Shown here: positions 37,375 through 46,661 of the stretch, in pieces
Layout of the letters: each line of letters opens with the position of its first letter
Numbering within the stretch: the stretch's first letter is position 1
Origin: an uncultured Dehalococcoidia bacterium
GTDB taxonomy: Bacteria > Chloroflexota > Dehalococcoidia > Lucifugimonadales > CAJWUJ01
NCBI GenBank assembly: GCA_913047625.1
Contig: CAJWUJ010000005.1
Location: 6,239-70,238 of the forward strand
Length of the DNA: 64,000 nt
Direction: 5' to 3'
The notes under the pieces: generated by a model
What the model was told of the DNA's origin: nothing
The model's database searches: none
Seen by the model: only the letters and a program-made list of their open reading frames with translations
Translations under genes and position numbers: made by a program

Positions 37375-38145
37375 TTAATCGCCAGATTCTTTGGCTTGCT
37401 TGAAATAAGCCTTTCCGCCAGCAAGCATTAACTGTTGCACAGATGAGTGGAATATTTGTACACCCTTAGTGACGAAGCGGGGTATTAAGTATTCGGGGCA
37501 GCTTACACCAACAAATTTATTCTGGCTTAAAACTTGTGGAATTGCCTGGTCTAGGAGCTCTAAAACCTGTGGATGATCTTGCTGGCCCGGGAAACCCAAG
37601 TTCTGGGATAAATCACCTGATCCTAGGAAAATAGCATCGATCCCTTCTGTACTGGCAATCTCGGTAATGTTATTGATTCCTTCAAGGTCTTCAATCATCG
37701 CTATGATCACGGTTTCCCGATTAGCTTCTAGGAAATATTGGTCATTACTCGGGTTAAAGCCGTAATTATTTGCTCTTGATCGAAAGAATAGCCCACGATT
37801 CCCATCAGGATAGTACTTTGTAGCAGTTACAATCTTTTCTGCTTCTTCTTTAGTAGTGACATGAGGAACTTGCAGCCCGTGTACACCTCTGTCCAGAAAG
37901 CCACTTAGTGTCTCTGGATTGCTTGTTGCAGGTCTGACTATGGGGGTTACACCGTTAACTTCGCATGCTCGTATACAGTTTTCTGCAGTATCAAGCGTTA
38001 TGTTGCCATGCTCATTGTCTAGTAGGACCCAATCAAACTTCAGGGCTCCAATCATTTCGATGATCTCTGTTGATGGAAAGGTTACCATGACACCCCATCC
38101 CACGTTATTAGCCAGTAATTTTTGCTTAAGATTATTGATGAACAT
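37375..38145 (-). CDS. HpcH/HpaI-family 2-keto-3-deoxy-acid aldolase (copy 1)
   Basis: 256 aa. DWVLLDNEHG, the RP...D motif and IEDLEGINN are typical of class II pyruvate aldolases. Confidence 0.8.
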   Translation of the reverse strand: MFINNLKQKLLANNVGWGVMVTFPSTEIIEMIGALKFDWVLLDNEHGNITLDTAENCIRACEVNGVTPIVRPATSNPETLSGFLDRGVHGLQVPHVTTKEEAEKIVTATKYYPDGNRGLFFRSRANNYGFNPSNDQYFLEANRETVIIAMIEDLEGINNITEIASTEGIDAIFLGSGDLSQNLGFPGQQDHPQVLELLDQAIPQVLSQNKFVGVSCPEYLIPRFVTKGVQIFHSSVQQLMLAGGKAYFKQAKESGD

Positions 38146-38182
38146 CGTATTAGCCCTTTTGAAAAAACTTATCTATTAAAAT

Positions 38183-39292
38183 TTAAACGTCTTGATGGTA
38201 TCTGATAATTCCCCTACCAGGATCTCCTCGTTCCAGAGCCTCAAACGCCTCATTGATTTGGTCTAAGGAGTATTCTCTCGTGATTAGATCGTCAATGTTA
38301 AGTTTGTTGTTCAAGTAGAGATCTACCATTCGGTTAAAATCGTTCCGAGGTTTTGCTGATCCGTAATAGGTGCCGGTAAGCGTTTTTTCTTGTCGTACCA
38401 AAGAAACTAAATCGATGTCTGCAGTTATCCCGGTCTCTCCTATACCAACAATGACAGCTGTTCCTGCTTTTCGTATCATTTCGTATGATTGGCGAACTGT
38501 TTCTGGAAGACCACGCACTTCAAACGAGAAATCTACTCCAACCCCACCGGTCAGTTCACGGACCTTTGCTACTGGTTCTTCTGTTTTGGCGTTAATAATG
38601 TCGGTCGCACCAAACTTCAATGCATATTCTAAGGCAGTTTCTTCTGTGTCTATTGCTATAATTTTGCTTGCGCTAACAAGGGAAGCACCTTGGATCACAT
38701 TGATTCCGACCCCGCCGCATCCTATAACTGCTACGGTGCTACCTGGTTTTACAGGTGCGGTACAGAGTACGGCTCCGACACCAGTAGTGACACTACAGCC
38801 TATTAAGGCAGCTTGCCCTAATCCTATATTTTTCGGGATAGGAATACACCCCCATTGAGGAACAACAGAGTACTCTGAGAAACAAGCAACTTTACCCATG
38901 TGGGTGATTCTTGTGTCCTTGTTATGTAATCGAGTTGTTCCGTCGAATAATGTTCCCGTTGTCGCTCCATGGGCATCACAGAGGTTAGCTTTTCCTGATA
39001 CACAAGACCTGCACTGGCCGCAGTTTGGTGCAAAAGAGAAAATTACGTGATCTCCTGCTTCTACTAATGTTACTCCCTCTCCCACTTGCTCTACTATGCC
39101 AGCACCCTCATGTCCAAGGACAGCCGGCAATTTGATATATTCCTCTCCATGTATAAAGTGTAGATCGCTTCTACAAATACCTGCTGCTCCAACTCTGACC
39201 AAGACTTCACCGGTCTTAGGAGAATCCAGATCGACCTCTTCTACTACTAATGGTTTGTTGTGTTCATATAGTACTGCCGCTTTTGTTTTCAT
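38183..39292 (-). CDS. zinc-dependent alcohol dehydrogenase (MDR family)
   Basis: GHEGAGIVEQVGEGV, structural-zinc Cys cluster CGQCRSCVSGKANLC, and GCGGVG Rossmann motif. Confidence 0.88.
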   Translation of the reverse strand: MKTKAAVLYEHNKPLVVEEVDLDSPKTGEVLVRVGAAGICRSDLHFIHGEEYIKLPAVLGHEGAGIVEQVGEGVTLVEAGDHVIFSFAPNCGQCRSCVSGKANLCDAHGATTGTLFDGTTRLHNKDTRITHMGKVACFSEYSVVPQWGCIPIPKNIGLGQAALIGCSVTTGVGAVLCTAPVKPGSTVAVIGCGGVGINVIQGASLVSASKIIAIDTEETALEYALKFGATDIINAKTEEPVAKVRELTGGVGVDFSFEVRGLPETVRQSYEMIRKAGTAVIVGIGETGITADIDLVSLVRQEKTLTGTYYGSAKPRNDFNRMVDLYLNNKLNIDDLITREYSLDQINEAFEALERGDPGRGIIRYHQDV

Positions 39293-39361
39293 ATTTATGT
39301 CTCCATGTTAATGACGTATTGAAGCGTATATTTGATATAGGTTAACGCTTTCTGCGCTAAG

Positions 39362-41326
39362 CTATGTTTTAAAAAGACCCTCAATGTGTTCTAGTGCAAG
39401 AGGATCCGCCATTGCGTCTTTATTGATTGCTTGACCTATTGGCACACCAGCCAAGATTTTCTTGACTGGTACTTCAAGTTTTTTCCCATTTAAGGTCTTT
39501 GGAATTTGAGGTACTGCATAGATCTGGTCAGGAACATGCCGAGGAGAGAGCTCTTTTCTCAGGCCTTTCCTGATTTTATCAATCAGCGATTCATCCAGTT
39601 CGCTCTGTTCAGCAAGGACTATGAAAAGGATTAATTTGCCTTCTTGTCCAAGATGACCAGTATCGACAATGAGACTATCCATCACCTGAGGAAGATCCTC
39701 GACTATCCGATAAAATTCACTAGTCCCAGTCCTAACTCCTCCTCTATTTAATGTAGAGTCTGACCGCCCGTAAATAATACTGGAGCCATCAGGTAATATC
39801 TTGATCCAATCACCATGGCGCCAGACACCAGGGTACATTTCAAAATAACTTTCCTTATATCGAGAGCCGTCAAGATCGTTCCAGAAGTAGATAGGCATAG
39901 AAGGGATAGGTTTTGTTACCACGAGTTCGCCTACTTCATTGATTACTGCTTTGCCATTAGCGTCAAACGCCTCCACTTTTGTTCCCAGAGCAGGGCATTG
40001 AATTTCGCCGATATGTACTGGTAGCAACGGACAAGAAGTTACTAACCCTGTGCAAATATCAGTTCCTCCACTGACAGACGCTAGAAGCAAATTTGGACTC
40101 ACGTAATCGTAGATCCACTGAAATCCTTCTGGAGCTAGAGGCGATCCAGTAGATCCGAGACTGGACAAGGAGCTGAGATCGAATTCCGCATTTGGTTTTA
40201 TCCCTTGTTTAATGCATCCTTGAATATAGGAAGCACTGGTTCCAAAATAGGTCATTTTTGATTGTTCGGCAAATTTCCATACTGTTTTTATATCAGGATA
40301 AGCAGGGCTCCCGTCGAATAGGAGTATAGTGGTGTTGATCAGTAATCCACTGATCAAGTAGTTCCACATCATCCACCCTGTAGTAGTGAACCAAAAAAAT
40401 CTGTCGTCAGATTTCAAATTATTGTGGAAAGTTAAAGATTTCAGGAGTTCAAGAAGAATGCCTCCATGGCTTTGGACTATAGGTTTGGGCAATCCGGTAG
40501 TTCCTGAAGAATAGAGTACCCATAGGGGGTGGCTGAATGGCACGGGTTCAAAGATGATTTCGGTAGCAGGTTCCTTTGCCTCATTCCATAAAAGTGTGTT
40601 GTGGCCCAAAGTGCCACGAGGTTTTTGGTCTGAACATGGGATAATAATCGTGTGCTTCAGACTGGGAAGCTGCTTTTGAATTTCATTAACTTGTTCTAAT
40701 TTATCGTACTGCTTCCCTCCAAAGTTATATTGGTCAGAAGCAAATAGTATCGTTGGTTCGATTTGTTGGAATCTCTCTAGTACACTGTGGGATCCGAATT
40801 CAGGAGAGCAACTAGACCATACTGCCCCTATGGAGGATGCTGCTAAGAATGCTATTAGTGTGTTGGGGGTGTTGGGAGCCAAACATGCTACCCTGTCACC
40901 CTTTTTCACTCCCATATTTCGTAAGCCAGCAGCTATTTCAGCAACTTCTTGGTAGAGTTCTTTGTAGGTAATCGTGCTTATAGGATCGACTTCAGATTGA
41001 GAGATAATAGCTGGATGGTCATCTCTTCGGCTTAAAGCATGCTCTGCATAATTCAGAGTGGCTCCATTGAACCAAATTGCGCCTGGCATGTTGTCATTGG
41101 ATAGAACTGCCTTGTAAGGAGAGTGTGATTTAATGTCAAAATAATCCCATAGAGATTCCCAAAACGATTCGATGTCATCTACAGACCATTGCCATAGGTC
41201 GGAGTAGGATTCGAAACTTAGGTTTTTTTCTGAATAAAGCCATTGCATGTAATGAGTGATATTCGCTTCCTCAATATCACTCGTTCCAGGTTGCCAAAGT
41301 ATTTTTCGACTAGCATTGAAATTCAA
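39362..41326 (-). CDS. acetoacetate-CoA ligase (acetoacetyl-CoA synthetase)-like acyl-adenylate enzyme
   Basis: 654 aa. The N-terminal ILWQP...FWESLWDYF region is typical of AACS. AMP-binding motif YSSGTTGLPKPIV. Confidence 0.8.
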   Translation of the reverse strand: MNFNASRKILWQPGTSDIEEANITHYMQWLYSEKNLSFESYSDLWQWSVDDIESFWESLWDYFDIKSHSPYKAVLSNDNMPGAIWFNGATLNYAEHALSRRDDHPAIISQSEVDPISTITYKELYQEVAEIAAGLRNMGVKKGDRVACLAPNTPNTLIAFLAASSIGAVWSSCSPEFGSHSVLERFQQIEPTILFASDQYNFGGKQYDKLEQVNEIQKQLPSLKHTIIIPCSDQKPRGTLGHNTLLWNEAKEPATEIIFEPVPFSHPLWVLYSSGTTGLPKPIVQSHGGILLELLKSLTFHNNLKSDDRFFWFTTTGWMMWNYLISGLLINTTILLFDGSPAYPDIKTVWKFAEQSKMTYFGTSASYIQGCIKQGIKPNAEFDLSSLSSLGSTGSPLAPEGFQWIYDYVSPNLLLASVSGGTDICTGLVTSCPLLPVHIGEIQCPALGTKVEAFDANGKAVINEVGELVVTKPIPSMPIYFWNDLDGSRYKESYFEMYPGVWRHGDWIKILPDGSSIIYGRSDSTLNRGGVRTGTSEFYRIVEDLPQVMDSLIVDTGHLGQEGKLILFIVLAEQSELDESLIDKIRKGLRKELSPRHVPDQIYAVPQIPKTLNGKKLEVPVKKILAGVPIGQAINKDAMADPLALEHIEGLFKT

Positions 41327-41619
41327 TGTAGGCCTCTCTTTTGGCTTGAATCACCCGAGTGGGAATCTAGTGCATGACCACTGGCAAGTACTTGCTGCAA
41401 ACCTTCGATTAGAGTAGAGGCAGATTGGGGACTTAGTTCTAGTATTATTCTAGAGAATTTGTCACTGGATTGGTTAGGAATATCAAGATTTATAGCATAT
41501 CCTAGATCAGCTTTGAAAGGATGATCGTACGAAATATTTATGGTATTTATATCAAACCATCCTTCACTTTCTTTGGCGCTCCCTTTAATGGGAATGGTCT
41601 TGGATATCATGGTGCACAT
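41323..41619 (-). CDS. hypothetical protein (98 aa), translationally coupled to the CoA ligase
   Basis: 4-nt ATGA-type overlap with the downstream gene. I recognise no family. Confidence 0.45.
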   Translation of the reverse strand: MCTMISKTIPIKGSAKESEGWFDINTINISYDHPFKADLGYAINLDIPNQSSDKFSRIILELSPQSASTLIEGLQQVLASGHALDSHSGDSSQKRGLH

Positions 41620-41667
41620 AGTATTTCCCTTCGTTAATTTTTGGAATGCTGATTATATATTATGTTG

Positions 41668-42432
41668 CTAACCTAACGTTTTATCCAGGAAAGCAAATAC
41701 CTTTTTCCAACCGTCCACAGCTTGTGCCTGTCGGTAGACCGGACGGTCATAATAGAAGAAACCATGGCCCGCATCCGGGTACATGTGGAATTCATAATCT
41801 TTTCCGTGTGTTTTTAACTCCTGTTCATGGGCTGATACTTGTTCGGGACTAGGGCTTGCATCTTCTTGACCAAATAAACCTAGTAATGGACACGATAGGT
41901 CTTTTGTGTATTCAATCGGAGCTACAGGTTGTTTGGAATACCAGGGTTCTTGGCTATTGTTATTCTGAGTAATGCCACCACCCCAAAGATCAACAGCTGC
42001 GGAAATCCCCTGAAGGGTACAAGCAGCTAAGAATGCATGCCTTCCTCCGGAACAAGTACCGAAGACCCCAACTTTGCTATCCATATATGGTAGATTTTGC
42101 AAGAAATTATAACTTCCTTGTACATCTGCCATTGCTTGATCATCTGCAATTCCACCATCCGATCTGACTTTTGATGCTATATCTACAGGATCACCATGAC
42201 CTTCACGGTGGTAAAGATTAGGGCAGATCGCGAGGTATCCGTGATAGGCAAACTTTCGAGTTACTTCCTTGTACCATTCATCCCAGCCTGGTAAGTGATG
42301 GATTAATATCATGCTTCCACGTGGTTTAGTATGCAGTGGTCGGGCAAAATAAGCGAGAATATTATCGTTATTATAGCCGCTAATAGTGACAGTTTCTGCG
42401 ATCATAGATTCGTACATGTCGGTCGTATACAT
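41668..42432 (-). CDS. dienelactone hydrolase family protein
   Basis: 254 aa. Nucleophile elbow GTCSGG (Cys-type DLH), with HG...F near the C-terminus. Confidence 0.8.
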   Translation of the reverse strand: MYTTDMYESMIAETVTISGYNNDNILAYFARPLHTKPRGSMILIHHLPGWDEWYKEVTRKFAYHGYLAICPNLYHREGHGDPVDIASKVRSDGGIADDQAMADVQGSYNFLQNLPYMDSKVGVFGTCSGGRHAFLAACTLQGISAAVDLWGGGITQNNNSQEPWYSKQPVAPIEYTKDLSCPLLGLFGQEDASPSPEQVSAHEQELKTHGKDYEFHMYPDAGHGFFYYDRPVYRQAQAVDGWKKVFAFLDKTLG

Positions 42433-42524
42433 GTCTTTGATACCTCCGTGCTTTTAGCATATCTATTCTAGACAAGATGTAATGGATTGAGTAGTAGGCA
42501 AATAATGTATATCTGAAAAGAACG

Positions 42525-44549
42525 TTACTCCAGTGGTTGCACTATTATTCGGGATTTTTCTGTTAGTAGGAACAGATTGGCCATTTGCTTGTCGATTTGT
42601 AGCGTGTTGGCAGGCAGAGATGCCTTATGGATTATCCTCAGGACCACAGGATTACTGATTTCTGGAAGGTAGACCTGGACTAATGCCCTGTCTGTAAGAG
42701 TGGGATCGACAGTAGGGAGGTTTAAGTATCCAACTCTGACTCCATTTGAAAATTTCCTAACAGCTTTAATAGAAATATTGAGAGTAAGTTTCTTCTGGTC
42801 TAGAGTTGTTCTTAAAGCGTTGGTCTCCTCGAGGTCAATGGTAGGAGGTATGCCGTCTAGAACCACCCCGTACTTTGCCCGTGCGTGATCTAGTGAGATT
42901 TTGTCTTCCAGATAATCTTGTAATACGAGATTTGGTGATCTGAGTAGTGGATCTCCATATCCTCCACCTCCTTGGGTGGAGATTCGGATAATGTCGCTAC
43001 GTGACAATGAAAATCCGGTTGCTTTGCTATGAAATCTGGGTGAAATTAGACGGTTTTTCCCTGATCTGATCAATTCCCATTTTGCAGTTAAACCTGGATG
43101 ACCTTGTGATAGTCCTGTTGCTGGAACTATGGCATGATCCCCAAGAAAGGATATGGTGCCTGAAGAAGGGATTGTATACTCCCGAACAACCCCCATGCCT
43201 CCTCGAAATTGACCTGGCCCACCAGAGTTCTTCCTGAGTTCATATTGATTGAATCTAATTGGGAATAGGGACTCAAGTACTTCTACTGGCTGTATATTGA
43301 CGTTTCCTGATCGTAAGGATCGGACAAAGTCCAGACCATCTTTATCATACCTTCCTCCTCCGCCACCTCCTGGATAATCGTAGTAGATGTAGCGTTTGGG
43401 AACACCTTGTCTATTATCAATTCCGAATAGGTTTTGATGGTTTGCTCCAGCTCCTTCTCCAGCGCTGACCGTACGCGGTGCAACATTGCTTAACGCTTGC
43501 ATAACAAAAATAGATGCTTGACCAAGTTCAGCCATCCCTGCTGCTGGCGATGGCTCTGAGGCATTGAGCATTGAGTGCTTAGGAGCTGTAACACTAATAG
43601 GACGGAAGGAACCTGAATTGATTGATCCTTCCGGATCCAATGATGCCTTAACACCCATGAACGCGAAGCAATGGGCTAAAACTTCACTGACGTTGAGTGG
43701 TCCCTGGGATTCCTCTGCACTTCCGGAGTAGTCTACGTGAATTGTATCGTCCGCTATTTCAGTATTAACTCGGATCACCCTTTGTTGTTTGCTGACTCCG
43801 TCATTATCCAGATACCCTTCATAACAACTTGAACCGTCAGGGAGGCTTTGGATAATCATTCTCATACGACGTTCTGATAAATCCAAGATATCAGTCCAGT
43901 GTTGCATTGCACTTTCGGGTTCATAGCGAGTTAGTAATCCTTGTATTCTATCGATTGCAATTTTGCAGCTTGCCACCTGTGCGAATATGTCTCCTCTGGT
44001 TTGGTCAGGAACCCGTACATTTTTTAGAATAAACTGTAGTATTTCTTCGTTTAGAGTACCGTGAGATCCTATTTGCATAGGGGGGATTCTAAGCCCTTCT
44101 TGATATATTTCGCGGGCGTTTCCTGAGATACTGCCAGGAACCATTCCGCCAACATCGTACCAATGGGCTCTGTTAGCAGCGTATGCCACTAGCTGGCCTC
44201 GAAAAAAAACAGGCATAAAAATGAGTACGTCATTGAGGTGGGTGCCACCGTCATATGGGTCATTCCCAATAAAAATATCACCCTCCTCTATAGTTTCTTG
44301 AAACTTTGCGACTGTGAGATTTACCTGCCATATGATGGGGAAAATGTGGATTGGTATACTAGTTCCTACCGCTAATAAATCCCGTTCCTTAGTCAGGATA
44401 CCGCAAGAGAAGTCTCGTCCTGTGTACACTACCGCTGATCGAGCAGTTCTCAATGTAACCTCTGCCATTTCTCGAACAATTGATTCAAGTCGGTTACGAA
44501 TCACCTCTCTGCTAATTGGATCTGATACGGTGGAAGTACGATTATTCAT
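42525..44549 (-). CDS. hydantoinase B/oxoprolinase family protein (HyuB-1) with about 90-aa C-terminal extension
   Basis: Shares NDPYDGGTHLNDV, GGPGQFRGGMG and GGGGYGDP motifs with the other HyuB copies. 2-nt gap to hyuA. Confidence 0.88.
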   Translation of the reverse strand: MNNRTSTVSDPISREVIRNRLESIVREMAEVTLRTARSAVVYTGRDFSCGILTKERDLLAVGTSIPIHIFPIIWQVNLTVAKFQETIEEGDIFIGNDPYDGGTHLNDVLIFMPVFFRGQLVAYAANRAHWYDVGGMVPGSISGNAREIYQEGLRIPPMQIGSHGTLNEEILQFILKNVRVPDQTRGDIFAQVASCKIAIDRIQGLLTRYEPESAMQHWTDILDLSERRMRMIIQSLPDGSSCYEGYLDNDGVSKQQRVIRVNTEIADDTIHVDYSGSAEESQGPLNVSEVLAHCFAFMGVKASLDPEGSINSGSFRPISVTAPKHSMLNASEPSPAAGMAELGQASIFVMQALSNVAPRTVSAGEGAGANHQNLFGIDNRQGVPKRYIYYDYPGGGGGGRYDKDGLDFVRSLRSGNVNIQPVEVLESLFPIRFNQYELRKNSGGPGQFRGGMGVVREYTIPSSGTISFLGDHAIVPATGLSQGHPGLTAKWELIRSGKNRLISPRFHSKATGFSLSRSDIIRISTQGGGGYGDPLLRSPNLVLQDYLEDKISLDHARAKYGVVLDGIPPTIDLEETNALRTTLDQKKLTLNISIKAVRKFSNGVRVGYLNLPTVDPTLTDRALVQVYLPEISNPVVLRIIHKASLPANTLQIDKQMANLFLLTEKSRIIVQPLE

Positions 44550-44551
44550 GG

Positions 44552-46651
44552 CTAAGCCTTCTTCAAAATCAAATTACCTAAGTTATCTATGCTGACAGAA
44601 AAGTCTGGGGGTACAAGGGTAGTTGAGGTGTGTTCTTCTATTATTGCGGGTCCTTGTAAGTTGAAATCTCTGTCGAGTGTCTCTCGGATAAACACTGGTG
44701 TTTGGACTTCTTTCATTACTTCTCGAAAATAAACGAGTCTGGTTGTTCTACTGTTTTGAGATGCTCGATTTGCTTTTGGCTTATAGATTGGCGACTTAAA
44801 ACTAATGTGGGGAAGCAAGCCCGTTACCCTAACTCGTAAATTGACTATCTCGCATTCGTCCTCTGGGCACATGTAGGTGAAAAGCCGTTGATGTTCGTGA
44901 TGAAAGTTTTGAATGAGGTTTTCAACGTCTAGAGCTTGTGTATCTAAGGAACTCAAAGGAACGGTAAGGGAGTGAAATTGACCCACATATCTCATGTCGA
45001 CCATTTTTTCCACTAAGATTTCAGTAGTTTTTAACCCCGCATCAAGTAATCTCCCCGTAAGTTCGGATTCCATTTGATCAAAGGTTGATGTGATTTTAGT
45101 GAGGCTAGTTCCTGAACAAGCACTTGTACGTATGATATACGTGCTAACAGAATCGTACATTAAATTAGTGGAAAGAAGCCCTATAGCTGAGAAATTACCC
45201 GGGGCTAATGGGATTATAGCTTTTCTTAGATCCAGTTCTCGAACAACGCTTGCGGCTTGTAGAGGCCCAGCACCGCCAAAAGCTATGAGATCAAAATCTC
45301 TGGGATCTCTTCCTCGTGATATAGTTACTTCTCGGATTACATCTGCAGTTTTAGCATCCGCTATTTCTAGTACCCCTGAGGCAGCTTCTTCACACGAAAT
45401 AGCTAAAGCTGTTCCGATATCCCTTGAGAGTGCTCGTTTTGCCATATCTATGTCTAGTGGCATAGATCCTCCGAGTAAAGAATGCACTCTACCTAAAGCT
45501 GCATTAGCATCAGTGATAGTTGGATAATTGCCTCCTTGCCCGTAGCAAACCGGGCCAGGATTAGAACCGGCACTTTGTGGTCCAATATGTAATTGTTTCA
45601 TGGCATCAACTCTGACAATACTACCTCCACCCGCTCCGATCTCGACTATGTCTATCATCGGGACACGTAGAGGTAATCCACTCCCTGGCCTATTATTGGA
45701 TTTAAATAACTCGTATTCAGTAGTTGAAAGAGGGGCACCATTTTCTATGACAGAAGATTTAGTTGTTGTTCCGCCCATGTCTAGAGTAATGACGTTAGGA
45801 CTACCACAACTAGTGGCAAGTTGTGCTGCAGCAATAGCTCCTGCTGCAGGACCGGACTCCAGAATATGAATAGGTCGGTCGCTTGCTTCGGAGGTCGTCA
45901 TCGCTCCACCATTCGACTGCATGATGTGGATAGGGACTTTGAGCCCAGCCTTTTCTATCCGTTCAGATAATTTAGACAGATAGGTACTTATGGTAGGTTG
46001 AATATATGCATTGAGAGTAGTGGTTGAAGTTCTCTCATATTCTCCTATTTCTGGTACGAGTGTCGATGATAGAGTTAGGGAAATCTGAGGGAAATGTTTT
46101 TTTATCAGCGTTTGTATTATTTGTTCGTGTTCGTTGTTGGCATAGGAGTTCAGTAAGCATATGGCTATTGATTCTAGTTTTTGCTCTTGCAAGAAGGTGA
46201 TTAGACTGTCACTGCAACCTTGAGCATTAAGTGATTTTATGACGGCTCCATCGCTTGCTATTCTCTCATCGATACCGAACCGTTGTCTTCGTGGCACGAA
46301 GCTAGGTGGTTTGTCCATAAGGGGATCCAGAACGTGGGTTCTCGCGCCCCTTCTTAATTCAATGAAATCCCTGAAACCTTTCGTTGCTATAATTCCAGTT
46401 TTGGCTCCTTTGTGCTCCAGGAGGGTATTTATTCCTACAGTTGTCCCATGATTCAGGAATACGATCTCAGCTGGCTTAATGCCTGCAGATGCTAAAGTAG
46501 CTATGACTGCTTGGGCAGGATCTGCCCCGGTAGTCATGGTTTTTAGGTGAAGAAACTCATTGGTGGACTCATTGATACATGTTATATCAGTGAAGGTCCC
46601 CCCAACATCAATTCCTACGTAAAATCCTGTTTGCATAGTATTTAATCTCAA
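44552..46651 (-). CDS. hydantoinase A/oxoprolinase family protein (HyuA, ASKHA-fold ATPase component)
   Basis: 699 aa. GIDVGGTFTD N-terminal phosphate-1 motif and DMGGTTT phosphate-2 motif. Confidence 0.9.
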   Translation of the reverse strand: MRLNTMQTGFYVGIDVGGTFTDITCINESTNEFLHLKTMTTGADPAQAVIATLASAGIKPAEIVFLNHGTTVGINTLLEHKGAKTGIIATKGFRDFIELRRGARTHVLDPLMDKPPSFVPRRQRFGIDERIASDGAVIKSLNAQGCSDSLITFLQEQKLESIAICLLNSYANNEHEQIIQTLIKKHFPQISLTLSSTLVPEIGEYERTSTTTLNAYIQPTISTYLSKLSERIEKAGLKVPIHIMQSNGGAMTTSEASDRPIHILESGPAAGAIAAAQLATSCGSPNVITLDMGGTTTKSSVIENGAPLSTTEYELFKSNNRPGSGLPLRVPMIDIVEIGAGGGSIVRVDAMKQLHIGPQSAGSNPGPVCYGQGGNYPTITDANAALGRVHSLLGGSMPLDIDMAKRALSRDIGTALAISCEEAASGVLEIADAKTADVIREVTISRGRDPRDFDLIAFGGAGPLQAASVVRELDLRKAIIPLAPGNFSAIGLLSTNLMYDSVSTYIIRTSACSGTSLTKITSTFDQMESELTGRLLDAGLKTTEILVEKMVDMRYVGQFHSLTVPLSSLDTQALDVENLIQNFHHEHQRLFTYMCPEDECEIVNLRVRVTGLLPHISFKSPIYKPKANRASQNSRTTRLVYFREVMKEVQTPVFIRETLDRDFNLQGPAIIEEHTSTTLVPPDFSVSIDNLGNLILKKA

Positions 46652-46661
46652 CCTTGCAGTT

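Noticed and set aside
38370-38858. 162-aa plus-strand ORF
   Set aside because: It is antisense to the Zn-ADH gene, which has clear catalytic and structural zinc motifs. The translation is Pro/Thr/Ser-rich, typical of a shadow frame.
45090-45869. 145-aa and 89-aa plus-strand ORFs
   Set aside because: They are antisense shadows within hyuA.
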